Source: Octopus sinensis (lineage: Eukaryota). Taken from it: a DNA stretch of 64,000 nt. Below, one piece after another: positions 24,652 to 42,900 of this stretch (positions are counted from its first letter, which is position 1; the number at the start of each line of letters is the position of its first letter). The DNA is taken from NCBI RefSeq assembly GCF_006345805.1, contig NC_043004.1:54312001-54376000 (forward strand), read 5' to 3'. Under the pieces are notes generated by a model, which saw only the letters and a program-made list of their open reading frames with translations, was not told the DNA's origin and made no database searches. A program made the position numbers and the translations under genes.

Positions 24652-26144
24652 AATTCTGTTATTTATATAATTTTTCATATGTCCTGCCCGCCAAAGTTGG
24701 TTCTGGTGTTCGCTGAAATCTTCCTCTAGAGAATTTCCCTTGTAGTTTGATCGTTGATGATCTTTTTCTAGCATTCTGGCCGGCTACCTAGCAGGCCAGC
24801 CCTGCCAATATACACATTTATATACATATATATAATTTGTATACCTTTATATACATATATATAATATGTATACATATATATAATTTGTATATATTTGTAT
24901 ACATATATATAATTTGTATATATTTGTATACATATATATAATTTGTATATATTTGTGTACATATATATAATTTGAATATATTTGTGTACATATATATAAT
25001 TTGAATATATATTTATATACATATATATATATAATTCGTATATATTCATATACATATATATATATAATTCGTATATATTCATATACATATATATATATAA
25101 TTCGTATATATTCATATACATATATATATATAATTCGTATATATTCATATACATATATATATATAATTCGTATATATTCATATACACACATATAATTTGT
25201 ATATATTAATATACATATATATAATTTGTATATATTCATATACAAATATATAATTTGTATATATTCATATACAAATATATAATTTGTATATATTTATATA
25301 CATATATATAATTTGTATATATTTATATACATATATATAATTTGTATATATTTATATATATGTATATAAATATATACAAATAATATATATAATTATATAT
25401 AATTTGTATACATTTATATACAAATATATATTTTGTATACGTTTATATACAAATATATATTTTGTATACGTTTATATACAAATATATATTTTGTATACGT
25501 TTATATACAAATATGTAATTTGAATACGTTTATATACATATATATAATTTGTATACATATATATAATTTGTATATATTTGTATACAGATATATAATTTGT
25601 ATATATTTGTATACAGATATATAATTTGTATATATTTGTATACAGATATATAATTTGTATATATTTATATTCATATATATAATTTATATATATTCATATG
25701 CATATATATACTTTGTATATATTTATATACATATATATAATTTGTATATATTTGTATGCATATATATAATTTGTATATATTTATGTGCATATATATAATT
25801 TGTATATATTCATGTGCATATATATAATTTGTATATATTCATATGCATATATATAATTTGTATATATTCATATGCATATATATAATTTGTATATATTCAT
25901 ATGCATATATATAATTTGTATATATTCATATGCATATATATAATTTGTATATATTCATATGCATATATATAATTTGTATATATTCATATGCATATATATA
26001 ATTTGTATATATTCATATGCATATATATAATTTGTATATATTCATATGCATATATATAATTTGTAGATATTCATATGCATGTATATAATTTGTAGATATT
26101 CATATGCATGTATATAATTTGTAGATATTCATATGCATGTATAT

Positions 26145-27955
26145 CTTGGCACTCTCCAAGATAATGCCAAATCCATGGCCGAGATACTGCAGAAACAATA
26201 CTGCTCTGTTTTCAGCAATCCTGATATGGCCGATCTGGGCTGTATCAGTGATGTCAACCCCCAACACACTATATCGGACATAACGTTTAGTGCCCCTGAT
26301 GTCTTAGCGGCGATAAACGAAATAAAACACAATTCAGCAGTAGGCCCCGATAGATTCCCTGCTTGTGTCCTGAAGGTGTGTCGACACCAACTTGCATCTC
26401 CCCTTGCTAATCTGTGGAGAAACTCACTGGATGCTGGCTATATTCCAAAAAACCTTCTGTCCCAGTCTGTTGTCCCAGTTTTCAAAAAGGGAAACAAGTC
26501 CCTTGCAGTGAATTACCGCCCGATCTCACTCACCTCTCATATCATCAAGGTATTTGAGAGGGTGGTGAGATCTCGAATAACCCAATTTCTGGAAAGCAAC
26601 AGACGGCTGATCTCCAACCAACATGGGTTCCGTAATGGAAGGGACTGCCTAACGCAGCTCCTGCATCACTTTGAGGACATTTTGAGAGCTTTGGGAGAGG
26701 GCTCCAACACCGATGTCATCTACCTTGATTTCAGTAAGGCCTTCGACAGGGTCGATCACAAGATCCTATTGAAAAAACTATCCAACATTGGTGTCTCTGG
26801 AAAGTTACTGAAATGGATTAAGTGTTTCCTGACAGACAGATCTCAACATGTTGTAGTTGAAGGGGTAAAATCAAGCCCAGCCAAAGTCAGTAGTGGCGTT
26901 CCGCAAGGCACTGTGCTGGGCCCACTTCTTTTCATCATTTACATTAATGACATTAATGACATCATCAAGCACAGCAGCATAAAAATCTTTGCAGATGACT
27001 CCAAGCTACAGAAGGTCATAAATGAGGCGAGTGACCGGACATGCCTTCAGTCAGATCTACTGGCTGTTATCCAATGGGCAGAAAAAAACAATATGCTGCT
27101 GAACGAGGATAAATTTGAGCTAATCAACTTTGGAAAAGAGGATGCCCTGAAACTCCCATACTCCCTTCCTTCAGGTGAAATTCTCGCGGCGTCCAACAAC
27201 ATCAGAGACTTGGGAGTAATTGTGGACAACAACGTAAGCTGGGCCACTCATATAAACACCAAAGTTGACATGGCCCGCAGAATGTGTTCCTGGATTCTCA
27301 GAACTTTCCAATCGAGAGATATCCACACCATTATCCTTCTCTTCTCCACTTTTGCCCGACCCCACCTTGAATACTGTTGTCCACTGTGGTCTCCCCACAC
27401 AATACAAGGTATCATAAAAGTTGAAGCACCTCAAAGGGCAATCACAAAAAGATAGATGGCATGACAGGCCTCGACTATTGGGGTCGGCTAGAAAAGCTAA
27501 AACTCTATTCTCTCCAACGTCGTCGTGAGCGCTACATCATCTGCATGATGTGGAAAATATTCCATCAGCATTGCCCAAATGATGTTGGCATCACCTTTAA
27601 GGTACATCCAAGGCTTGGGCCCCGTGCCATCCGCCCAAAACAAAAATCGCACTCTCATCTCATAACAACAATACGGCACAATTATTTCACCTCAATTGGC
27701 CCCTCTCTCTTTAACATTACACCAAAACACATTAAAACAGAAACTGACCCTATAGGGTTCAAGAGGTCTTTGGACAGATTCCTTCAAGAAATCCCGCATA
27801 AACCCCCTACACCTGGATATGTCTCTGTAAACAATAACTCTCTAATTGAGTGGGCCATAGTGCCCAAGTTCTGACTTGAAAGACTTCACCAGGTGGTGCT
27901 ATTAAGTTAGACATGGCCTGGGCCAATAATGGCCGAAACCTATCAAAGTATCAAA
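26145..27955 (+). mobile_element. 5'-truncated CR1/L2-group LINE (RT) inserted in the satellite
   Basis: RT motifs YRPISLTS, QHGFRNGR, YLDFSKAFDRVDH, GVPQGTVLGPLLF and IFADD. There is one frameshift near 27455, a 3' stem-loop and (TATCAAAG)2 tail, and a probable TSD GTATAT at 26139-26144 and 27956-27961. Confidence 0.95.
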
Positions 27956-30900
27956 GTATATAATTTGTATATATTCATATACATATATATAATTTGTATA
28001 TATTCATATACATATATTTAATTTGTATATCTTCATATACATATATATAATTTGTATATCTTCATTGACATATATATAATTTGTATATCTTCATTTACAT
28101 ATATATAATTTGTATATCTTCATATACATTTATGTAATTTGTATATATTCATATACATATATGTAATTTGTATATATTCATATACATATATGTAATTTGT
28201 ATATCTTCATATACATATATGTAATTAGTATACCTTCATATACATATATATAATTTGTATATCTTTATATACATATATGTAATTTGTATAGCTTCATATA
28301 TATATATGTAATTTGTATATCTTCATATACATATGTCTAAATTGGATATCTTCATATGCATATATGTAATTGTATATATTCATATGCATGTATATAATTT
28401 GTAGATATTCATATACATATATATAATTTGTATATATTCATATACATATATATATATAATTTGTATATATTCATATATATATATATATATAATTTGTATA
28501 TATTCATATATATATATATATATAATTTGTATATATTCATATACGTATATATAATTTGTATATCTTCATATACGTATATATAATTTGTATATCTTCATAT
28601 ACGTATATATAATTTGTATATCTTCATATACGTATATATAATTTGTATATCTTCATATACGTATATATAATTTGTATATATTCATATACGTATATATAAT
28701 TTGTATATCTTCATATACGTATATATAATTTGTATATCTTCATATACGTATATATATTTGTATATCTTCATATACGTATATATATAATTTGTATATATTC
28801 ACATATATATATACAATTTGTATATCTTCATATACATATATGTAATTTTATATATTCATATACATATATAATAATTTGTACATCTTCTATACATATATAT
28901 AATTTGTACATTTTCATATACATATATATAATTTGTACATCTTCATATACATATATATAATTGTACATCTTCATATACATATATAATTTGTACATCTTCA
29001 TATACATATATATAATTTGTACATCTTCATATACATATATATAATTTGTACATCTTCATATACATATATATAATTTGTACATCTTCATATACATATATAA
29101 TTTGTACATCTTCATATACATATATATAATTTGTACATCTTCATATACATATATATATTTGTACATCTTCATATACATATATATAATTTGTACATCTTCA
29201 TATACATATATATAATTTGTACATCTTCATATACTATATATAATTTGTACATCTTCATATACATATATATAATTTGTACATCTTCATATACATATATATA
29301 ATTTGTACATCTTCATATACATATATATAATTTGTACATCTTCATATACATATATATAATTTGTACATCTTCATATACATATATATAATTTGTACATCTT
29401 CATATACATATATATAATTGTACATCTTCATATACATATATAATTTGTACATCTTCATATACATATATATAATTTGTACATCTTCATATACATATATATA
29501 ATTTGTACATCTTCATATACATATATATAATTTGTACATCTTCATATACATATAATATAATTTGTACATCTTCATATACATATATATAATTTGTACATCT
29601 TCATATACATATATATAATTTTACATCTTCATATACATATATATATAATTTGTACATCTTCATATACATATATATAATTTGTACATCTTCATATACATAT
29701 ATAATTTGTACATCTTCATATACATATATATAATTTGTACATCTTCATATACATATATATAATTTGTACATCTTCATATACATATATATAATTTGTACAT
29801 CTTCATATACATATATATAATTTGTACATCTTCATATACATATATATAATTTGTACATCTTCATATACATATATATAATTTGTACATCTTCATATACATA
29901 TATATAATTTGTACATCTTCATATATATATAATTTGTACATCTTCATATACATATATAATTTGTACATTCATATACATATATATAATTTGTACATCTTCA
30001 TACATATATATAATTTGTACATCTTCATATACATATATATAATTTGTACATCTTCATATATACATATATATATTTGTACATCTTCATATCATATATATAA
30101 TTTGTACATCTTCATATACATATATATAATTTGTACATCTTCATATACATATATATAATTTGTACATCTTCATATACATATATATAATTTGTACATCTTC
30201 ATATACTATATATATAATTTGTACATCTTCATATACATATATATAATTTGTACATCTTCATATACATATATATAATTTGTACATCTTCATATACATATAT
30301 ATAATTGTACATCTTCATATACATATATATAATTTGTACATCTTCATATACATATATATAATTTGTACATCTTCATATACATATATATAATTTGTACATC
30401 TTCATACATATATATAATTTGTACATCTTCATATACATATATATAATTTGTACATCTTCATATACATATATATAATTTGTACATCTTCATATACATATAT
30501 ATAATTTGTACATCTCATATACATATATATAATTTGTACATCTTCATATACATATATATAATTTGTACATCTTCATATACATATAATATAATTTGTACAT
30601 CTTCATATACATATATATAATTTGTACATCTTCATATACATATATATAATTTGTACATCTTCATATACATATATATAATTTGTACATCTTCATATACATA
30701 TATATAATTTGTACATCTTCATATACATATATATAATTTGTACATCTTCATATACATATATATAATTTGTACATCTTCATATACATATATATAATTTGTA
30801 CATCTTCATATACATATATATATTTGTACATCTTCATATACATATATATAATTTGTACATCTTCATATACATATATATAATTTGTACATCTTCATATACA

Positions 30901-33900
30901 TATAGATAATTTGTACATCTTCATATACATATATATAATTTGTACATCTTCATATACTATATATAATTTGTACATCTTCATATACATATATATAATTTGT
31001 ACATCTTCATATACATATATATAATTTGTACATCTTCATATACATATATATAATTTGTACATCTTCATATACATATATATAATTTGTACATCTTCATATA
31101 CATATATATAATTTGTACATCTTCATATACATATATATAATTTGTACATCTTCATATACATATATATAATTTGTACATCTTCATATACATATATATAATT
31201 TGTACATCTTCATATACATATATATAATTTGTACATCTTCATATACATATATATAATTTGTACATCTTCATATACATATATATAATTTGTACATCTCATA
31301 TACATATATATAATTTGTACATCTTCATATACATATATATAATTTGTACATCTTCATATACATATATATAATTTGTACATCTTCATATACATATATATAA
31401 TTTGTACATCTTCATATACATATATTAATTTGTACATCTTCATATACATATATATAATTTGTACATCTTCATATACATATATATAATTTGTACATCTTCA
31501 TATACATATATATAATTTGTACATCTTCATATACATATATATAATTTGTACATCTTCATATACATATATATAATTTGTACATCTTCATATACATATATAT
31601 AATTTGTACATCTTCATATACATATATATATTTGTACATCTTCATATACATATATATAATTTGTACATCTTCATATACATATATATAATTTGTACATCTT
31701 CATATACATATATATAATTTGTACATCTTCATATACATATATATAATTTGTACATCTTCATATACATATATATAATTTGTACATCTTCATATACATATAT
31801 AATAATTTGTACATCTTCATATACATATATATAATTGTACATCTTCATATACATATATATAATTTGTACATCTTCATATACATATATATAATTTGTACAT
31901 CTTCATATACATATATATAATTTGTACATCTTCATATACATATATATAATTTGTACATCTTCATATACATATATATATTTGTACATCTTCATATACATAT
32001 ATATAATTTGTACATCTTCATATACATATATATAATTTGTACATCTTCATATACATATATATAATTTGTACATCTTCATATACATATATATAATTTGGTA
32101 CATCTTCATATACATATATATAATTTGTACATCTTCATATACATATATATATTTGTACATCTTCATATACATATATATAATTTGTACATCTTCATATACA
32201 TATATATAATTTGTACATCTTCATATACATATATATAATTTGTACATCTTCATATACATAATATAATTTGTACATCTTCATATACATATATATAATTTGT
32301 ACATCTTCATATATCATATATATAATTTGTACATCTTCATATACATATATATAATTTGTACATCTTCATATACATATATATAATTTGTACATCTTCATAT
32401 ACATATATATAATTTGTACATCTTCATATACATAATATAATTTGTACATCTTCATATACATATATATATTTGTACATCTTCATATACATATATATAATTT
32501 GTACATCTTCATATACATATATATAATTTGTACATCTTCATATACATATATATAATTTGTATATCTTCATTACATATATATAATTTGTATATCTTCATAT
32601 ACATATATATAATTTGTATATCTTCATATACATATATATAATTTGTATATCTTCATATACATATATATAATTTGTATATCTTCATATACATATATATAAT
32701 TTGTATATCTTCATATACATATATATAATTTGTATATCTTCATATACATATATATAATTGTATATCTTCATATACATATATATAATTTGTATATCTTCAT
32801 ATACATATATATAATTTGTATATCTTCATATACATATATATATTTGTATATCTTCATATACATATATATAATTTGTATATCTTCATATACAATATATAAT
32901 TTGTATATCTTCATATACATATATATAATTTGTATATCTTCATATACATATATATAAGTTGTATATCTTCATATACATATATATAATTTGTATATCTTCA
33001 TATACATATATATAATTTGTATATCTTCATATACATATATATAATTTGTATATCTTCATATACATATATATAATTTGTATATCTTCATATACATATATAT
33101 AATTTGTATATCTTCATATACATATATATAATTGTATATCTATTCATATACATATATATAATTTGTATATCTTCATATACATATATATAATTTGTATATC
33201 TTCATATACATATATATAATTTGTATATCTTCATATACATATATATAATTTGTATATCTTCATATACATATATATAATTTGTATATCTTCATATACATAT
33301 ATATAATTTGTATATCTTCATATACATATATATAATTTGTATATCTTCATATACATATATATAATTTGTATATCTTCATATACAATATATATATATTTGT
33401 TACATCTTCATATACATATATATAATTTGTACATCTTCATATACATATTATATAATTTGTACATTTTCATATACATATATAATTTGTACATCTTCATATA
33501 TATATATGTAATTTGTATATTTCATATACATATATATAATTTGTACATCTTCATATCATATATATAATTTGTATATATTCATATATATATATGTAATTTG
33601 TATATATTCATATAATATATATAATTTGTATATCTTCATTTACATATATATAATTTGTATATCTCATATACATATATATATTTGTACATCTTCATATATA
33701 CATATATATATATATATATATATTTGTACATATTCATATACATATATATAATTTGTACATCTTCATATATATATATATTTGTACATATTCATATACATAT
33801 ATATATATTTGTACATCTCCATATACATATATATAATTTGTATATCTTCATATACATATATATATAATTTGTACATCTTCATATATATATATAATTTGTA

Positions 33901-36900
33901 CATCTTCATATACATATATATAATTTGTATATATCTTCATATACATATATATAATTTGTACATCTTCATATACATATATATAATTGTACATCTATCATAT
34001 ACATATATATAATTTGTACATCTCATATACATATATATAATTTGGTACATCTTCATATACTATATATATATAATTTGTATCTTCATATACATATTATAAT
34101 TTTGTATATCTTCATATACATATAATATAATTTGTACATCTTCTATACATATATATAATTATATATCTTCATATACATTATATAATTTGTACATCTTCAT
34201 ATACATAATATATAATTTGTATATATCATATACATATATATAATTTGTACATCTTCATATACATATATATAATTTGTACATCTTCATATACATATATATA
34301 TTTGTATATCTTCATATACATATATTAATTTGTACATCTTCATTACATATATATAATTGTACATCTTCATATATATAATTTGTACATCTTCATATATATA
34401 TATGTAATTTGTATATCTTCATATACATATATATAATTTATATATATTCATATACGTATATATACAATTTGTATATCTCATATACATATATATAATTTGT
34501 ATATCTTCATATATATATAATAATTTGTATATATCTTCATATACATATATATAATTTGTATATCTTCATATACATATATATAATTTGTATATCTTCATAT
34601 ACATATATATAATTGTATATCTTCATATACATATATATAATTTGTATATCTTCATATACATATATAATTTGTGTATATCTTCATATACATATAATATAAT
34701 TTGTATATCTCATATACATATATATTTGTATATATTCATATAATATATAATTTGTATATCTTCATATACATTATATAATTTGTATATCTTCATATACATA
34801 TATATATAATTTGTACATCTTCAATACATATATATAATTTGTATATCTCATATACATATATATTTGTATATCTTCATATATATATATATAATTTGTATAT
34901 CTTCATATACATATATAATTTGTATATCTTCATATACATATATATTAATTTGTATATCTTCATATACATATATATAATTTGTATATCTTCATATACATAT
35001 ATATAATTTGTATATCTTCATATACATATATATAATTTGTATATCTTCATATACATATATTAATTTGTATATCTTCATATACATATATAATTTGTATATC
35101 TTCATATACATATATATAATTTGTATATCTTCATATACGTATATATATTTGTATATATTCATATACATATATATATAATTTATATATATTCATATACATA
35201 TATATATAATTTGTATATTCATATACATATATATAATTTGTATATCTTCATATACATATATATATAATTTGTATACTTCATATACATATATAATTTGTAT
35301 ATCTTCATATACATATATATAATTTGTATATCTTCATATACATATATATAATTTGTATATCTTCATATACATATATATAATTTGTATATCTTCATAACAT
35401 ATATAATTTGTATATCTTCATATACATATATTTAATTGGATATCTTCATATACATATAATTGGATATCTTCATATACGATATATAATTTGTATATCTTCA
35501 TATACGTATATATAATTGTATATCTTCATATACGTATATATAATTTTATATCTTCATATACGTATATATAATTTGTATATTCATATACGTATATATAATT
35601 TGTATATCTTCATATACTATATATAATTTGTATATCTTCATATACGTATATATATTTGTATATCTTCATATACGTATATATAATTTGTATATATTCATAT
35701 ACGTATATATATAATTTGTATATCTCATATACATATATATAATTTGTATATCTTCATATACATATATATAATTTGTATATCTTTTTATACATATATATTT
35801 GTATATATTCACATATATATATACAATTTGTACATATTCATATACATATATATAATTTATATATATTCATATAATATATATAATTTATATATCTTCATAT
35901 ACATATATATAATTTGTATATCTTCATATACGTATATATAATTTGTATATCTTCATATACGTATATATAATTTGTATATCTTCATATACGTATATATAAT
36001 TTGTATATATTCATATACATATATGTAATTTGTATATCTTCATATACATATATGTAATTTGTATGTATACATCTACATATATGTAATTTGTATATATTCA
36101 TATACATATATGTAATTTGTATATATTCATATACATATATGTAATTTGTATATATTCATATACATATATGTAATTTGTATATATTCATATACATATATGT
36201 AATTTGTATACCTTCATATACATATATATAATCTGTATATCTTCATATGCATATATGTAATTTGTATAGCTTCATATACATATATGTAATTTGTATATCT
36301 TCATATACATATATTTAAATTGGATATCTTCATATACATATATGTAAGTTGTATATATTCATATACCTATGTTTAAATTGGATATCTTCATATACCTATG
36401 TTTAAATTGGATATCTTCATATACCTATGTTTAAATTGGATATCTTCATATACATATATGTAATTTGTATGTATTCATATACATATATGTAATTTGTATA
36501 TATTCATATACATATATGTAATTTGTATATATTCATATACATATATATAATTTGTATATATTCATATACATATATATAATTTGTATATATTCATATACAT
36601 ATATATAATTTGTATATATTCATATACATATATATAATTTGTATATATTCATATACATATATATAATTTGTATATATTCATATACATATATATAATTTGT
36701 ATATATTCATATACATATATATAATTTGTATATATTCATATACATATATATAATTTGTATATATCATATACATATATAATTTGTATATATTCATATACAT
36801 ATATATAATTGTATATATTCATATACATATATATAATTTGTATATATTCATATACATATATATAATTGTGTATATTCATATACATATATATAATTTGTGT

Positions 36901-39900
36901 ATATTCATATACATATATATATTTGTGTATATTCATATACATATATATAATTTGTGTATATTCATATACATATATATAATTTGTGTATATTCATATACAT
37001 ATATATAATTTGTGTATATTCATATACATATATATAATTTGTGTATATTCATATACATATATATAATTGTGTATATTCATATACATATATATAATTTGTG
37101 TATATTCATATACATATATATAATTTGTGTATATTCATATACATATATATAATTTGTGTATATTCATATACATATATATAATTTGTGTATTCATATACAT
37201 ATATATAATTTGTGTATATTCATATACATATATATAATTTGTGTATATTCATATACATATATAATTTGTGTATATTCATATACATATATATAATTTGTGT
37301 ATATTCATATACATATATATAATTTGTGTATATTCATATACATATATATATTTGTGTATATTCATATACATATATATAATTTGTGTATATTCATATACAT
37401 ATATATAATTTGTGTATATTCATATACATATATATAATTTGTGTATATTCATATACATATATATAATTGTGTATATTCATATACATATATATAATTGTGT
37501 ATATTCATATAATATATATAATTTGTGTATATTCATATACATATATATAATTTGTGTATATTCATATACATATATATAATTTGTGTATATTCATATACAT
37601 ATATATAATTTGTGTATATTCATATACATATATATAATTTGTGTATATTCATATACATATATATAATTTGTGTATATTCATATACATATATATAATTTGT
37701 GTATATTCATATACATATATATATTTGTGTATATTCATATACATATATATAATTGTGTATATTCATATACATATATATAATTTGTGTATATTCATATACA
37801 TATATATAATTTGTGTATATTCATATACATATATATAATTTGTGTATATTCATATACATATATATAATTTGTGTATATTCATATACATATATATATTTGT
37901 GTATATTCATATACATATATATAATTTGTTATATTCATATACATATATATAATTTGTGTATATTCATATACATATATATAATTTGTGTATATTCATATAC
38001 ATATATATAATTTGTGTATATTCATATACATATATATAATTTGTGTATATTCATATACATATATATAATTTGTGTATATTCATATACATATATATAATTT
38101 GTGTATATTCATATACATATATATAATTTGTGTATATTCATATACATATATATAATTTGTGTATATTCATATACATATATATAATTGTGTATATTCATAT
38201 ACATATATATAATTGTGTATATTCATATACATATATATAATTTGTGTATATTCATATACATATATATAATTTGTGTATATTCATATACATATAATTTGTG
38301 TATATTCATATACATATATATAATTTGTGTATATTCATATACATATATATAATTTGTGTATATTCATATACATATATATAATTTGTGTATATTCATATAC
38401 ATATATATAATTTGTGTATATTCATATACATATATATAATTTGTGTATATTCATATACATATATATAATTGTGTATATTCATATACATATATATAATTTG
38501 TGTATATTCATATACATATATATAATTTGTGTATATTCATATACATATATATAATTTGTGTATATTTATATTCATATACATATATATAATTTGTATATTC
38601 ATATACATATATATAATTTGTTATATTCATATACATATATATTAATGTGTATATTCATATACATATATATAATTTGTGTATATTCATATACATATATATA
38701 ATGTGTATATTCATATACATATATATAATTTGTGTATATTCATATACATATATATAATTTGTGTATATTCATATACATATATATAATTTGTGTATATTCA
38801 TATACATATATATAATTTGTGTATATTCATATACATATATATAATTTGTGTATATTCATATACATATATATAATTTGTGTATATTCATATACATATATAT
38901 AATTGTGTATATTCATATACATATATATAATTTGTGTATATTCATATACATATATATAATTTGTGTATATTCATATACATATATATAATTTGTGTATATT
39001 CATATACATATATATTTGTGTATATTCATATACATATATATAATTGTGTATATTCATATACATATATATAATTTGTGTATATTCATATACATATATATAA
39101 TTTGTGTATATTCATATACATATATATAATTTGTGTATATTCATATACATATATATAATTGTATATATTCATATACATATATATAATTTGTATATATTCA
39201 TATACATATATATAATTGTATATATTCATATACATATATATAATTTGTATATATTCATATACATATATATAATTGTATATATTCATATACATATATATAA
39301 TTTGTATATATTCATATACATATATATAATTTGTATATATTCATATACATATATATAATTTGTATATATTCATATACATATATATAATTTGTATATATCA
39401 TATACATATATATAATTTGTATATATTCATATACATATATATAATTTGTATATATTCATATACATATATATAATTGTATATATTCATATACATATATATA
39501 ATTTGTATATATTCATATACATATATATAATTTGTATATATTCATATACATATATAATTGTATATATTCATATACATATATATAATTTGTATATATTCAT
39601 ATACATATATATAATTTGTATATATTCATATACATATATATAATTTGTATATATTCATATACATATATATAATTTGTATATATTCATATACATATATATA
39701 ATTTGTATATATTCATATACATATATATAATTTGTATATATTCATATACATATATATAATTTGTATATATTCATATACATATATATAATTTGTATATATT
39801 CATATACATATATATAATTTGTATATATTCATATACATATATAATTTGTATATATTCATATACATATATATAATTTGTATATATTCATATACATATATAT

Positions 39901-42900
39901 AATTTGTATATATTCATATACATATATATAATTTGTATATATTCATATACATATATATAATTTGTATATATTCATATACATATATATAATTGTATATATT
40001 CATATACATATATATAATTTGTATATATTCATATACATATATATAATTTGTATATATTCATATACATATATATAATTTGTATATATTCATATACATATAT
40101 ATATTGTATATATTCATATACATATATATAATTTGTATATATTCATATACATATATATAATTTGTATATATTCATATACATATATATAATTTGTATATAT
40201 TCATATGCATATATATAATTTGTATATATTCATATACATATATATAATTTGTATATATTCATATACATATATATAATTTGTATATATTCATATACATATA
40301 TATAATTTGTATATGTTCATATACATATATATAATTTGTATATGTTCATATACATATATATAATTTGTATATGTTCATATACATATATATAATTTGTATA
40401 TATTCATATACATATATATAATTTGTATATTCATATACATATATATAATTGTATATATTCATATACATATATATAATTTGTATATATTCATATACATATA
40501 TATAATTTGTATATATTCATATACATAATATATAATTTGTATATATTCATATACATATATATAATTGTATATATTCATATACATATATATAATTGTATAT
40601 ATTCATATACATATATATAATTTGTATATATTCATATACATATATATAATTTGTATATATTCATATACATATATATAATTTGTATATATTCATATACATA
40701 TATATAATTTGTATATATTCATATACATATATATAATTTGTATATATTCATATACATATATATAATTTGTATATATTCATATACATATATATAATTTGTA
40801 TATATTCATATACATATATATAATTTGTATATATTCATATACATATATAATTTGTATATATTCATATACATATATATAATTTGTATATATTCATATACAT
40901 ATATATAATTTGTATATATTCATATACATATATATAATTTGTATATATTCATATACATATATATAATTTGTATATATTCATATACATATATATAATTTGT
41001 ATATATTCATATACATATATATAATTTGTATATATTCATATACATATATATAATTTGTATATATTCATATACATATATATAATTTGTATATATTCATACA
41101 TATATATAATTTGTATATATTCATACATATATATATAATTTGTATATATTCATATACATATATATAATTTGTATATATTCATATACATATATATAATTTG
41201 TATATATTCATATACATATATATAAGTATATATTCATATACATATATATATATAATTTGTATATATTCATATACATATATATATATAATTCGTATATATT
41301 CATATACATATATATATATAATTTGTATATATTCATATACATATATATAATTTGTATATCTTCATATACATATATATAATTGTATATATATTCATATACA
41401 TATATATAATTTGTATATATTCATATACATATATATAATTTGTATATATTCATATACATATATATAATTTGTATATATTCATATACATATATATAATTTG
41501 TATATATTCATATACATATATATAATTTGTATATATTCATATACATATATATAATTTGTATATATACATATATATATAATTTGTATATATTCATATACAT
41601 ATATAATTTGTATATATTCATATACATATATATAATTTGTATATATTCATATACATATATATAATTTGTATATATTCATATACATATATATAATTTGTAT
41701 ATATTCATATACATATATATAATTTGTATATATTCATATACATATATATATTTTATTATATATAAATTTGTATATATTCATATACATATATATAATTTGT
41801 ATATATTCATAGACATATATATAATTTGTATATATTCATAGACATATATATATAATTTGTATATATTCATAGACATATATATAATTTGTATATATTCATA
41901 GACATATATAATTTGTATATATTCATAGAATATATATAATTTGTATATATTCATAGACATATATATAATTGTATATATTCATAGACATATATATAATTGT
42001 ATATATTCATAGACATATATATAATTTGTATATATTCATAGACATATATATAATTTGTATATATTCATATACATATATATAATTTGTATATATTCATATA
42101 CATATATATAATATATTTTGTATATATTATACATATATATAATTTGTATATATTCATATACATATATATAATTTGTATATATTCATATACATATATATAT
42201 TTGTATATTCATATATATACATATATAATTGTATATATTCATATACATATATATAATTTGTATATATTCATATGCATATATATAATTTGTATATATTCAT
42301 ATGCATATATATAATTTGTATATATTCATATGCATATATTAATTTGTATATATTCATATGCATATATATAATTTGTATATATTCATATGCATATATATAA
42401 TTTGTATATATTCATATGCATATATATAATTTGTATATATTCATATGCATATATATAATTTGTATATATTCATATGCATATATATAATTGTATATATTCA
42501 TATGCATATATATAATTTGTATATATTCATATGCATATATATAATTTGTATATATTCATATGCATATATATAATTTGTATATATTCATATGCATATATAT
42601 AATTTGTATATATTCATATGCATATATATAATTTGTATATATTCATATGCATATATATAATTTGTATATATTCATATGCATATATATAATTTGTATATAT
42701 TCATATGCATATATATAATTTGTATATATTCATATGCATATATAATTTGTATATATTCATATGCATATATATATTTGTATATATTCATATGCATATATAT
42801 AATTTGTATATATTCATATGCATATATATAATTTGTATATATTCATATGCATATATATAATTTGTATATATTCATATGCATATATATAATTTGTATATAT

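Larger units (their letters stand above)
23953..24812 (+). mobile_element. Non-coding element with two ~310-bp direct repeats (23953-24269, 24505-24812) and a 235-bp spacer; retrozyme/Penelope pLTR-like
   Basis: The repeats are about 97% alike by eye and start with AAGACTAAGCACGTG and end with CCCTGCCAATATA. The element is inserted in the 29-bp satellite, has no TG...CA LTR ends and no credible ORF. Each repeat contains a hammerhead-like motif. Confidence 0.7.

Noticed and set aside
23953-24812. TRIM or solo-LTR pair of an LTR retrotransposon
   Set aside because: There are no TG...CA termini, no recognisable PBS or PPT in the spacer, and no clear 4-6 bp TSD. The hammerhead-like motifs fit a pLTR or retrozyme better.
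27920-27945. GGCC-AATAAT-GGCC-GAAAC resembling half a hammerhead
   Set aside because: There is no CUGANGA core upstream, and it is better explained as the CR1 3' terminal stem-loop.
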